A stretch of 64,000 bases of DNA. Origin: Hormiphora californensis (lineage: Eukaryota > Animalia > Ctenophora). The notes beneath the pieces are model-generated. The model had not been told where the DNA came from and did not search any database. It saw only the letters and a list, made by a program, of their open reading frames with translations. The position numbers were made by a program, and so were the translations under genes. Positions 1-14,100 of this stretch are shown piece after piece. Position 1 is the stretch's first letter; every line of letters begins with the position of its first letter. The stretch covers positions 9,114,001-9,178,000 of the forward strand of contig CM035350.1 in the NCBI GenBank assembly GCA_020137815.1, given 5' to 3'.

Positions 1-123
1 GCTTCTCTTGGACACATGTGGGATATATCCGAGCACAGTGAGCTTCTGCAGTCTAACCTATTGAATTCATGAACCATAACACATATCTCTCTCTATCTCT
101 ATCTCTCACTCACTCTCTCTCTC

Positions 124-181
<58 letters not shown>

Positions 182-283
182 GGTCCCCTTTTTATCTGTA
201 TTGTTCTTGTCTCACCCACACGATTCTCTGACAAACACTGTATAATTTTCTAGAGTTAAAATAGCCATCACCTATCATGTGAC

Positions 284-3200
284 TCATCGGTTACTTGTTC
301 CATCATCATAAATGCCCAATCGTGCCCTCCATACATCCGCTGCCCGTTCCGCAGCGACCTTGGGGTCCTTTGTGGGCAGGGACGACTCGGCGGCAGTCGA
401 CCAGAAGTTCATGGCCTTGTCCGTTCGTTTCACCTGCTGGCCGTGTCGCTCAAGGAGTGGTTTACTGACCTCCCTGAATAATCGGTCTCCACCAACACAG
501 GCTGAAATGAGAGAGGGGGTTAGAAACACATTATAGTTGGACAATAAAATTTAAAGGTCATAGAACATTCTTTGTATTGTTTATTTGAGCCTCCTCCTCA
601 TTTTTGTCTCATCGAATTGTAATGACCAATTCAACCACACTCACCTATCACGGAGTTCTTGATGACCTTCTCGAACTCATTAATGTCCATTCTGGCCATC
701 TTCACCAGCTCCAGGATGATATTGATCTCCTCCTCCCTGAGATCCTCACACTGCTCATCGTCCACTGCGGAGTACAGATCCTGGATATGCCTGGACAGCT
801 CCCGACCTGAGTTGTGCTCCTCGATCTGACAGGGGAGGGAGGTTTATAACTGAAATTGTAAGTTAGGATTTTTTTTCCCGTCAGACCTACTCCCTGGTTG
901 ATTTGCTAACCTGTCGTTTGGAGTTAGACCACTTGTCCCAGATTGGTTGAGTGACTGTGAACACGGTTCCTTCCTTCGTCTTGTACTCCTCGATCATCTT
1001 ACTAATCTCTTCAGACATCTGTACCTCCCTTCTCTGCTTCTTCTCCCCCTGGACTTTCTGCACTTGCTCGAGATTTACCGACCTCTTTGCTTGGAACTTC
1101 TCAGCAACGTCCGCAACTAGTTTGTGATGGTCTTGGAGGGTTTTCTTGCAGGAAGCCTCCGAGACATATCCATCTACCCAGAGGAGATCTACTAGTCTGG
1201 TCTTGATCTTGCTCAGAATCTGGGCTACCTTCACCTTTGTTCCCTCCTTTCCAGCGTGAGAAACTTGGAGTTTAGCCAATATTTCACCCATCCTCTTATC
1301 AAAGTTCTTCAGGGTATCCGCTGTCTGCTGGTAAATGTTCCTGGCGGCGAGAAATATATTAGTTAGTGTGAAGGATACGACGAAATAATACAACTGTGGT
1401 TTGGACGATAGTTATCTTCCTGATATCTCTGATACTTACTTTCTGAGCTCGTTGATACAGTCATCCTTGGTAATGACCATTTGTTTCCCCTCCTCCTCCA
1501 GTAATCTAGCATGTTTCTCCTCTAGCTGATCCTTTGTTTTCTGCTGTTTCTTATTCAGGGCCTTTCCAGGAGTAGCGTTGATGGCAACCCTCCTCTCCTC
1601 CGCAAACTTCTCTTCGTATTTCTTTAGCTGTGCAATGTCCTGTAACCATAGCATCTCAACTCTGAAATAAGGATTCATCTTTTAGCGATCACGCTTTCGT
1701 CACGAAGTAACAACACTGCCGGGCGTGTTTAACAACTTATCAAAAATCTGAAATCATCTTGTCAAAAATAGGAACATGTGTTAAACTAACCGTTTGACTG
1801 CTCGGATTCTGCTCATGAAAAGCATGTTTATGACGGAGAGAGCCTGGTGTTGGTGGACGGACATCATATGTTCCCGGTCCTGTTCCGTCAGTCCACTCTG
1901 TGTCTGTAGCACCTCTGCCACGGCATCCTCCTGTTCACCCAGCAGCTCCTCCTGGTCAGCGCTCTGCTTGTGCATCTCACTGTCCAGCTTATCCTTCATA
2001 GACTGACCCCGACTCAAATAGGCGTTAATCTCTTCACGAATCTCATTCAAACCGTCCTCTGAAGTAAAAGGTGTTAGAAGGATTATGAGAAATACTATAG
2101 AAATGAAGGGTCATGTCGTAACTTACGTCGCTTCGTTTCGATGTCCTTGAAGCACTCCCGGAATTTCTGATCAATAGCAGCTACATCGACACCCTTCTCC
2201 TGTTTTATCAAGTCCATCATCTCTGTCATGATTGCCTTGTACTCTCGCTGTTTGCCCTCTGTCCTTGCCAGCACTATCTCACTGAAATACTCTCCCTCCT
2301 TGGCATCCATCCTGTTTGAAGCCAACATTCGGTCCAAACGAACACTCTTTTGGAGCTCGTGGATAGTCTGAATGTATCTGCTAGGCTCAATAAGACCATC
2401 AACTGCAGCCTGGTAGGACTGGTTGGAAGTGGAGGCGATATCCGTGCTACGCTTCCAACTCTTGATCTTCTTCATTTCCTGAACTCGATCTCGGGCACAC
2501 TTCTCAAGGATATCCTGAACCTGTTGGTTGTACTCCTCATCGAACTTTTTATCCGCTCCATTGACCCTGTCCTCGACTGTCTTCTGGGCTTTAGAGATGA
2601 CTGATCCGCTGACTTTCAGGGCCTTTAGGTCATTTGCTAACTTCTTGAACCTTTCCAAGACCATCACGACTTCTTCTCTGTTCTAAAAGGATACACGATT
2701 TGAAATACCAAGTACATACTTTGGTATGGCTTTACTTGTTGGGTCTAAAGTTTCTAAAACTGTGACCGAGTGTTACAGCTTACGACAACATACCCATTCT
2801 CGAGTTGCAAAATGTTCAATGGCAGATTTCTTGATAATATCGTATCGGCCGCTCTTCGATTTCGATATGGATATGTATTCGGCGTTGATTATTTCACAAG
2901 TCATAGTCAGGTTTGAAATTAGTTTTTCCTCCATGAACTCTATCTGAAAAAAGGCAAATGTAAATTGGATGAAATCAAACGTGGTGAAAAAGGGATTATC
3001 ATAACTCCATTCTACGTTATCATATGTCTTTCGGTAACTGTAGCTAGAGATCACTTTACCTCTTCAGCCTTGAGTGTAGTATTGCTGTCCAGTTCCTTGG
3101 TGAGGGCCTCTCTAATCTTGATCATGTGTACTTCGAAGTCCATGGCAGCGTCATACCGGAGCTTCTCCACATCCATACACTGCATAGAATCACCTCCCGT

Positions 3201-4393
3201 TTGTGCTTCAAACACCTGGTGATAGAGACACGGTGTTGGTTGAAAATCCAACGAATCTTTGAATTAAAATGACCCTCTAAGACACCATTATTTTGATATG
3301 TTTTTCAATGCACAATCCTTACCTTGATAGCAGTTTGTAGTTTGGAGTTCCATTCATTTTCAACTTCCTTCAGCTGAGTGGTATAATTCTTGGAGATAGC
3401 ATTCCTTTGTGGTTCATCAATGATCTTCTGCTGTACCAGACTGTCCAGATAGATGTTGATGAGATTCAGAAAGATGTTCCTGTACTGAACTTGTAGCTCT
3501 GTCTCCCAGTGAATCACTGTCTGGAAGTCTTGCGAGGAGACCGCCAGTTGCATTTGAGCCCTATTGAGAAGGATACAATTAGTCAATATACCATGGAATA
3601 GAAACGGATTACTTGTACTTTGGTTGCTGTATATTGCTTACTCGACAAGTTTATCATAATTTGACAAATGTAACCAAATTGTAACCAATTCGGCAACTCA
3701 AACACACTCTTATATAGCACCCACTTACAAGCTGTCCTGTGAGAGAGCATCAATTAGACCATCTTGTACCGTAGGATCGTCAGTTCCAAGGTCTACAGTT
3801 GATTTACGGCGGACCCAGGAGAGTGGTCGGAGACCTTCAGCTGTGCCCACTTGACTCGTTGCTGGTAATTGATCCTGAGTAACAATAGTAACATTAGAAA
3901 CCCGTTAAAAATTTCTCACGTATTTGCAGTTTTCTAGGGTTTTAATCAAGTAGAACATTGACAATGAAACGTACAGGAGGGATAATTTCAGAGTAGGTAT
4001 CATCGTCAGGTTTCATTTCGTCCTCATTTGGTTCCCGCTGCAACCCAGACTCTGCAAGCCGTGTTGCGTCCGCCTAAAACATGTGGTTATATATTCAACA
4101 ACAGCAGATACGACAACTTTTGAAGTAAAGATCAACAATTTTGGGGGAGTAGAGATACTAACACGAACTTAGAGAAATTATCGAGAATGAACAAGTGACA
4201 GAATGTTTGCAGCAATTAAATTCACCTTGGTGTACATGGCAGGGAATTTCTTTCTCAGCATACCCAGGATCATGACCCCAAGGAAGAATCCAAAGAGGAC
4301 CCCAAAGATGACGGCACAAGCCAGCCACAGGTCATTAAACTGATCTCCATCCTGCTCAATGTAGAGCTCCTCAGTTACCGGTACACCGCTCAT
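284..4393 (-). CDS. EVC: Ellis-van Creveld protein EVC-like (N-terminal TM anchor + long coiled coil), ~12 exons, ~950 aa
   Basis: ATG at 4393; TM segment LWLACAVIFGVLFGFFLGVMILGML. Approximate exons 4227-4393, 3975-4073, 3729-3874, 3324-3561, 3060-3216, 2795-2944, 2126-2682, 1792-2058, 1441-1662, 888-1341, 645-825, 284-499. QDFQTVIHWETELQVQYRNIFLNLINIYLDSLVQQK resembles the vertebrate EVC block as recalled ([36 protein letters not shown]). Divergent EVC2-like gene nearby. Confidence 0.72.
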
Positions 4394-5114
4394 GGCGTGC
4401 TGCGTTTATCAAGGGACGACAACACCACCAGGCTTGGTGTAATTTCAGTAATGTGTGCGTGTAGTGTACGTATATGTGTCAACAAGCTTTGAGGAGGAGG
4501 AGCGAGAAAGCTAGCTATGGACGAAAAGAGACTGCTTACTGCCCATGGCAACTGTAGCTCACTAGCAAGCAGCGATGCACATGTGATGGTCACGTGCTCC
4601 CATCGTTGCATGGACACACTCTGCACGTAGAGCTGCACGATCCCCCTCGACACTAGTGTAGATAATTGCAGTGAGTTGGCTAGCCAAGTGTGTTATACAA
4701 TATATAATACTGGCTCTGAAACTGTGATAACATGACAACTATAGCACGTGTGTCATGGGGTGGGACAACAGGTCTATGATATATTGACAGGTCAAATAAA
4801 CACGGTCACAGTTTCACAAGATCTCTGAAATAATATATGTACATGTACACAATTGTGTAATTCACATTTCACATGCAAGGCCCTCGGATTGTGAATTGTA
4901 CTAGCTGCAATGTTGCAGCATAGCCCCTAAAGATTCCCAGTTGAGCTCTACCATTTTAGGGTGCCTTCCTTCTGAATTCTGTTCAGTCCATCGCTCCTGA
5001 AGTCTTTTTAACCCCCTACTCGCAAACTCTCAAATCCAGTTAACAACTTTTTACAACAAATGGCGGGTCACGTTTTAGTATCATTGCACATCACACAAAC
5101 GATCTGAGCTGTGC

Positions 5115-8100
5115 TCAATTAGTTACAATTTTGTCCATTATCCAGTCGTAGTAGGCCGCCACATTAGTGTAGACCCCGTAGTAATTAGGCAGCCCACACT
5201 TGAAGCCCCAACTGACAATGCCACCCTGTACAAAAGTCCCATTGTGACCCAGGTATATGAGGGGACCCCCGCTATCCCCCTGGCAGGCATCCACCTCACC
5301 CCTCTGGAATCCTGCACAGAACATGCCCGTTGTGATGGAACCACCGTAGCTCTTCATACTGTTACACACGTCCCGGTGGACGTAGGGAACTACGATTTCC
5401 TTCAGTGTTGCTGAACTGTGGGATGAGTTCACTTTGCCCCACCCCATGACAATTAGTTCCCTGTTATTCACCAGGTTTATCACCCCATTCTCAGGTAAAC
5501 ACGCCCTATTAACCCGCTCAGTGAAAAGCAGTGATTGGTTCAACTTTATCAGCCCAAGATCATTGTCGATGTGATCGCTGCGGTGTTTAAAATTAGGATG
5601 AATCAGGACCTGGAAGGCAGTCCGTATCTGCACATGTCTTCTATCAATGTTGTATCGATCGTGGAGGCCTGCATAAATTGAAATCACCTCATTAGCTCTC
5701 TTGGGTCTACACGGATCTCTACCCTCTCCGCCACAATTCTCTGTCTTGGACAAACAATGAGCAGCGGTCATTATCCAATCCTTGTTGACAATTGATCCCC
5801 CACAATTCTTCCCCTCCTTCATCTCAATCATGACAGTCCAGGGGTGGTCCCCGGGTTCTGTTTCCTCTCCACCAAATACCCGCGGGTTTCCCTCCTTCTC
5901 TCCCTCCCCCTCCAGCTGTGTGTCATTAAAAGTTGGCTCCGTGAAGTATTCGTACTTCCGATAACCGCACTGAGAGTTTGCAAAGTTTACCACGTGCTCC
6001 CTTCGTTCACATTTAGGTGGGTCGTGGGAGTACTCCCCCGAGCTCAGACAGCTTAGCTCACTCTGACCAATAATGGAATACCCTTCGTTGCAGATAACCT
6101 ACAGGTGGGAGAATTTTGTGACTTAATAGTTCTAATTAGTTCTAACTAGTTATTTTACTGCTTGGTAGCTCTCTTCTAGAGAAAGCACTGTACTTACCGA
6201 TGGATGTCTAAACCCGAAATCTCGAGTTCGCTGCGAGTGATTTTAGCACTAGAGTCCGCACTCCGCACACCACCACTTACCGATAGTGTATGCTGCTCAA
6301 TGGGTGACCCGTTCACCTGGGCGTTTCTAATCTTTAGCTCCGGGCACTCTACCGCATCCTGATCTATCTTCTGGCAGATGGGAAGGCGATCTGAGAACCT
6401 GTCATCCGCTATGCAGGTGAGGTTTTTAGTGCCAACCAGCGCATACCCCTCGTCACACTCAACGTAGAACTTATTTCCATTCTCAAGGACCTGCAGAATG
6501 TTTAACACCACATGATACATTATCTCTGACTATAATTTACATTTATATCACCCAGTGGTTGTCACGAGAAAAGACACTGACGAAAAAAAAACAGATTGAA
6601 CAGTTCAGCAAAAATGGAAAAATGTAATGATATCGATAGTACGAGGATGTTAACTTTAAACTCACAGATGGCCCGTTGATGAATCCATTCTGTATATGAG
6701 GGGTGTTGCATTTCTGCACGTTAGGAACACAAGCCACCACTTGCTTGTTTAGCTGGGCCTCGTAGTAATCTTGTTCGGGGTCATCTATCAGCTGGCATGT
6801 TACTGTCACCTTGGTTTCTCCTCGAGTGTGCTTCAAATGGTGTTCCTTGTTACACTCAATCTACAGAGGGGGTGGAAAAGTGTTACACTTAATCTATAAA
6901 AGAGGGGGGATGTGTCAGCTGCGAATCAACACAGGGTGTAACATGTGTACACGTGCACTTCAGGATAGTTTTGGTTCATCTTTGGTTCATCTTTGAAACC
7001 GTTTTACCATGGCGTATAAATTATTGTGTTACCGTTGCGAAAGTGTTAATTGAAAGACCGTCAGTCACGTTTATATCATTATTTGGACTAAACACGTGGG
7101 TGTTCTCTGCTACTGGAAAACTACACACTGGGCCCACATAGTGGCAATCTAGCTTGGGTTCCCATTGATCGTCCTCCAAACACGTCATTTGAGATGCTGA
7201 AAAATGTTAGTTCGAATCAAATGGCCATTCTAGGCAATATATCTAGACTTACATTTTGTGTTGGTACTTTTATAGACCCGGGTTTTGTCGTATAACAAAT
7301 GCGTTTTGTCTGCCGGATTGAACGAGTACAGTTTATCGCACACAACCTCCACAACATCACCAGGGTGAAAATAGTCCCTGTCCTCGTTGACAAAACGGGA
7401 GTTATAGATCAGGGGTTTACTGCACACTTCCTTTCTGCACACTGGCCAGATGCTAGGGTTGGTTTCCCCGGACTCCAGGCACTGTATTATCCGTATATCT
7501 GTGTGGTAACCCGCCTGACAGATCACTCGATAGTCGTCCTTTCCTAGTGTGGAGTATCATGGGGATAACTTGGGCACATTACGCAATCCCCTGTAGTCAC
7601 TAGTCAGTGCGCGACCAAGGGGATAATAGATTCTTCTGGGAAGTTCAAAGTTGCGGTGTCGAGTTCCTATACTTCGTAATATCAGTCCATGATTTTGTTA
7701 GTGGTTTTTTAGTGGTCGGCCATTCCTAACACTATCTAGTATCTATTGTACTTACCGGCTTCGATGGGGGTGTTAGGAGATATAGTCCCGTGACTTATTA
7801 CCGGAACAGGACACGTCTTGGGTTTCCTAATACACACAGACTCCTCGGTAAATGTCCCATTTCGGTTGCAGGTTAGGACACTTGAACCCACCAACCTGTA
7901 TCCCTCCTCGCAAAACACAGATATCTCCCCACCGACCACTCTTGATCCGGGAAGGGACTGGAGCATGTGGGGTCGAGACACCTCGGGACACTGCACCTCA
8001 GACCACTCGCATTGCGGGATCTCGGGAGGTTTAAATTGGTTTCCTAAAGAGAGACGACAGTGAGAAAGAAACATATAAAAAAGTACAGGAAAGGACAGTG

Positions 8101-11100
8101 ACTTCAGGCATAGGAATCTACGAATCGTCAGTATCTATCGACCGGGCCCCCCTAAAACCCTACCTGAAATGCACTGTATCTGACTAGGATGACCCCTTTT
8201 CAGGACATAGCCGGAGGTACAGGATATCTTGATGGTACCCCCCGGATTCAGAAGTCCGTTTATTCCCTCCGCTTCTATGTTGTTACCAATGGGTAAAAAG
8301 CAATCCCGGAGTGATTCTAGCTGACCTAGGGAGGTTTAGTCACGTTAGAACAAAGAGGAGACCTGAAGTTATGCAACTGACAAGGTAAGAATTTATTGGC
8401 CGAATGCATTTTGTTAGCCCCAGCTCTGATTATGAATGTGTTACTCACTTGATGGTACGCAGGTTGGAGTTATGATGCTGGACCATCCTCCCTTGCTACA
8501 GGTTATCTGGGTGTCCCCATAGATAGTGTACCCGTTATTACAGGTCACCTCCAATACCACCCCATCAGCTACTTGGTCCAGTAAAGCGTCAGTAACTCCA
8601 TTCTCTGAAACGCGGTAACCATGGAAATATAATGGTTACCATGGTAACGATGTAGTGATGCACTGCACTGCCCACTGTGTGGCATGATACAGCTGTATTT
8701 ACCTATTTTAGGAACGTCGCATCCCCCAATGGGAACACATTTTGGTAGGGGTCTCCTGTATTTAAAGTTGTCCTCACACCGTAGGATGCTGGATCCCTCC
8801 AACCGGTAATTGTTCACACACTCCACCGACACCGTACTTCCCCTCTGCGGCTCACGTTCTCTACAAGAAGGGGTGTTCAATTTGAGTTGCTCACACTGGA
8901 TTTTAACCGATAACTCTAGAAACTTTTGTAGGAAACAAGTGCAATATTTCTTACAGTGGCTTCATGTAGGGCATTGCCACTTTAGAACACCCATACTGGG
9001 GTAGTTGACACGGGTGGGCGTAGACATTAAATGGCTCGTAGAAGTCAGGTGGTGTGACACAGACTATGGTCATGAAGTCACTGTAGAGCCCCTCCTCACA
9101 AATAACATGACGGGATACATTCCTCTCAAATCTACCCGGTCCAATGTCAACATGACCTGAAAAGTTATATGACCAGGGGGTGGTTTTTATATCTAGGAAA
9201 TATCTTTGCAACCAGCCTTTCCAGTTTCCCTATGAGATGTATCTTTAAATTGCCCGTTTGGCATTTTTACTGACCATTTCGAACATTAGGAACGACACAC
9301 TGAGTTATGATTCTCTTGCATCTGTTTTGGTAGAGTGAGAAGCCCTGTTCTGCATCCTTCCTTGTACACTCCAGAGACTGAATACCCGATAGATAGTAGC
9401 CTTTATTGCACATCGCACCGATAATCACTCCCTGGAAAATCGGAAATGTTTCACTAATCGTAACAAGATTTTTAATATCTTCTCTGGCTGCTAATCTCAC
9501 TTTCTCTCTCACACATGATACACGCCTAATCGTAATGTAATTATACTCGTCTGATAAGATGGACGGCTATCACACGCTACGAGTAACAAACGGTTAAGTG
9601 TTTGAGCAAACCTCTTTTATGGGCTGACCAGGATAGTAACCGTCATAGTAACCGTTTTCCAGCATGGGAACTTTACACCTGTACTCTCCTGGAACGATTT
9701 ATTTTAGAGAATGGATGCCTTCTTGCAAGCTCTCACAGTGATACCATACAGTCAAGCACTTGCAATGTTACCCTGCAAATCTTACAATTTGCCACCTTGC
9801 AATATGAGGGCACTTGACATATCCAAATCTTGCAATCACTCGTGTACTTACGTTCCTTAGAGCACACTGGAAGTTGTTCAGAGGGATCAAAATACTGGCC
9901 CTCTCTGCACGTCATGGTGGGTATCCCGTTACTTAGGGTGTACCCTGTATTACAACGGAACTCCAGAGCTACCCCTGGCATTATCCTCTGTCCGGGCACC
10001 CACTCGTGCAGGATGTACCCGTTAGGTATCCGCGGTACTGTACACATCGTACTCTGAATATTTAGAGAGGGATATCATCATGGGATACATATTACATTTC
10101 TTACAAGATGTCATTGGAGCTCAAACGCGAGGGTGTATCACGTACCCTATCGAATTCCTTGCAAAGAGACCTCTGTCCTGTGTAGTAGTCCACCACCCCA
10201 TCACTAGAACACGCTATCCGTGGACTGCCCTCCAAGGTATGGGTCGGGGGACATGTTACCAATAACCGGGTATCTGTTCGCATCGTTCTTATTATCACAC
10301 CGTTATCGTCCACGGCTCCGATTGAGGAGATATCGCACTCTGACGAGGGGGAAATATTTTGAGGTGTTGAGGTGGCCACTACTGATCCTCAGATTATACT
10401 GTGTGTACAACTGTACAAGAAGACGCAATGCTGGTTCCACGTGCTACTTATAATTACCTATTTGTTGGCATGTAATTGGTTCATCAGCGATCACAGTGTC
10501 CGCATACCCATCGTAACAAGACATTTGGACGGGTCTCCCCGAATATCCCTCCTCACAGACTATCCTTATCTGTTGGTCGTGTTCCATTAGGATCCCTCCG
10601 ATACCTTCATTCCAACGAGGCCTGGCAATCGTATGGGCTATCTGCCTCACGAAGCACTCTGATGAGGAGGGTGTTCATACTAGGTCAATAGATTCTAACT
10701 GGGATCCGTAATCTGCAGCCTTATGAGTTAGATATTATGCAGCCAGTTAGTTAACGGTATTTTACTTTGGTAACAGTTGAAGTTCGGGAAATCTGGGATT
10801 CCACTGGGTAGGCATTCCATTGATACCGTCTCACGGTACCCCTCCAGAGTATAATCCTCTGCACAACTACGGGGAATGGGGGGGGTGGCTATTATAGGGG
10901 ATGATGGGAATATCTGTGGAATAACGTACAACATTATGCTGCATAATATATGTTGAATATAATTTTGCATTATCCAAAAATATTTTATTATGTTCAAGAA
11001 TGTCTACCTTATTTCTAGTTTTTGGCCCGAGTAGAAATGTGTAACCGTTGGGTGAAGGATGGTGCCATTCTCGTACCGTAATACCACTTTCCGAAAGGGT

Positions 11101-14100
11101 GGGATTTCACACTGTGTCCTATCTAAATGACATCATAGATTTTATTAGGTTACCTTTGGAAACAGCAGCTTCCAATCCATTGTTCATATGCCGCAGCTTT
11201 ATTATATACGGAATTTATAAAAATCAAAGAGTTATTCTGGATTGGAACGCTACTGTTACATAAATAGCAATGATATCATACTTTAGTTTATGATTTACTG
11301 TTAGAATTTTAACAACACTTACACTGAATACACCGGAGGTAGAGTTCGCATTGTCCGCTAGGGCAGGGAAGTTCACATATACCGTGATCTAGCTGGCTGT
11401 ACCCTCGAGAAGTTGATATACTCCCGCTTCTATAGAACTGAAAGATAATACTAGCTCCAAATATAGCTTCAAGAATTGAATGATAGCTACTCTAAACAAT
11501 CGATAAATTTCTAAATATAAGCCAAATATTTACTATTCCTGTGTGCAGGAGAATCATATATAGCTAGGGTCTTAGCTGCTTAGACCCTAGCTTAGAAAGC
11601 ATAAACAAGAATTATTGCATTATGTATTCACCAGAGAGCCCAGGCAAAAGAACAAAAAACTCTCGCACCCTATTGACTCCTCTCAATCCCGATCCCTGGC
11701 TCATGCCTACTTTGCTCCCTACGGCGCCGCTTCGTGGCACCTCCGGTCGCGAGATCATACTCCACACCCCCTTCCCCTGTTGACTCCCCTCAGTCCTCAC
11801 CCCAGACCCCTCTTATCCCTATTGACTCCCCTCGGCCCCTATTGAATCAAATCGTCCCCTATTCACTCCATCTCACCCTCTATTCACTCCCCTATAACAC
11901 CATAATGAACACTCCCCTCACCCCTCTCTCAATCTGTGATCTGAAGCAGTTCAGAACCCCACATTTTCCCTCATTTTTCACCATTTCCCTCATAACTCGG
12001 TCATTTCTCAACCAATTTCAAAATACTAAGGCTCATTAGAAAGGTAATCTCAAGCTCTTTCAAATCAGCTATTATCCTCCAAATTTATAAAACCTTTCCA
12101 CACGCACGTGCACTCCCCAAACCCCACCAAACACCCCTAACAACATGTCAATTTTCCACGTGCAAGCCCTAAAAACCCCCAAAAAACCAATTGTCTTGCA
12201 ACCATCTCTGCTTTATAATATAGACTAGAAAGCCCATTGAAGTAGAGCACCCGTTGACCCGAATCCCCACACTCTTCTCACCCAGGAGCACCCCTCTCAC
12301 TCGCTGCACCAACCCGCACGTGCAACCTCCAATACCCTTCCAAGCCACCTCCTTGGCAACCCCCTCTATTTGCACGTGTGGATACTACACCATCACCACG
12401 CCACGCATTTGCAAATTATAATAAGGATAATGCGGTGTTTCCCTGCCACAAATTGATAAAATATCGATAAATAAGGTTCAAAACTGGATTTCCTTATGAA
12501 TTAAAGAGCATATTTTGGCTGATGCGATGTTGGTAACTAGGTAAGTTGCTATGGTAACCAACGCAGTTGCTATGGTAACCAGGACAGTTGCTATGGCAAC
12601 CAAGGCAGTTGCTTAGGAGACCCTAGTTGGTTGACCCCAGTTGGTTAACTTTAACCGCATCTCAACTCGAGTCACTAGTGTGACAGTAGTTTCATGCTTG
12701 GAAGACGTTCTATCACCTCATAGCATGGCTGTAGGGCGCCCAAAGTGATTTCAGGTGATAGTGGGAAGTGCTATCAGCGAGTAATTGCGCGCCACAATGT
12801 GTGTTAATCATTTCCTTGGTTGAATCAACGAAGCGTGAGATGAAAGTTTTATGAAGGAGCAGACTTGTTGTTAGGCGTTGTCCGTGACGGACGGACGGAC
12901 GGACGGACACTTTTAGTTAACTACACAATCTGCTGATTTCTAAACCCTGAATGATCTTTTTAGCACGTGCGTGCTAAAAAGATCATCCCGGGTGAATGCC
13001 TTCGGCATTCACCCGGGCAGGGAAAAAATGTGTGCAGGATTCCGCAATTAACGTGGGTTAGTGTCTGACTGTGGTCTGTGGTTCATGACTCTATTATATA
13101 CGTACATGAGTGCAGGACTCAGCAGTATATCCCGTCCTACAGGATCCTCTTGGATAATAGCTCGATTCCACCAGGTGGAACATAGCTATCTGCCACCCTG
13201 TCCACTTCAGCACATTCCAGGTAGGCTCGTGTGGGCCTGCCCGGTGCTGCGTACACCTTACACCCATCCTCCATCATCTGAACTCCCACACAGTCACTCT
13301 CCACACACACGCACTCTGAAAATAGGGAATAATAGATGGTGATGTCAGGCATCACGTACTGACCTTTTCTTGAGCTATGAGAGTGGTCAGGCATCGCTCT
13401 GACTGTGCAGATGTGGCTTCAATCACATGTATCAGACGGGACAGTCTATAAAATCAAAAAGAGGAAGAGATTGTCAGTATACGACAAAGAAAGAAAGCTT
13501 ACGTTTTAGTACACTGCCCTGTTGGGCAGACTCCGTGAGTGAAGGACGGATAAGTTGCGAACCCCTCACTAACAAGCCGGTAATCTCCATTCTTTTTATC
13601 CGGTGTTATTGCTGAGAGAGGAAGGGAACATTCAGAGAAACTGATCCAGAAATTGTGTAGTGATCCTGATTCCTGTCTCAAGTCTCAACCTATGCAGCTC
13701 CCAGTGGCCAGTGCAGCTAAGGACCCAGTTACAGTTTGGACGCTGACGCCAGGATCCTAACTGTAACTAGAGCGTAATGTCCCTCTACCTTACTTACGGA
13801 CACACATGGGTTGTTTTCTATATGAAAGAGTGCCATCCTTCTGGCACAGTATGTCCTGGAGAAGATAGGGAACAAAACCGGCCCTACAGGTCGTTTCGAG
13901 GGTCTCCCCCACATACAGCTCTCGTCGGGTCGGTGTTCCATCAAGTATTATGTCAGCAGGTACCTGACAAACTGGAAATGAAATTTAAAAAACGTAGTTT
14001 CTGGGCTTTCCATCCGGTAAAGAATATAATATCAGTTTAAACTACTCAAGTTAAGATTCACATAACTGGTTATTACCAGTTCTGCATTCGAGTTGTTGTC

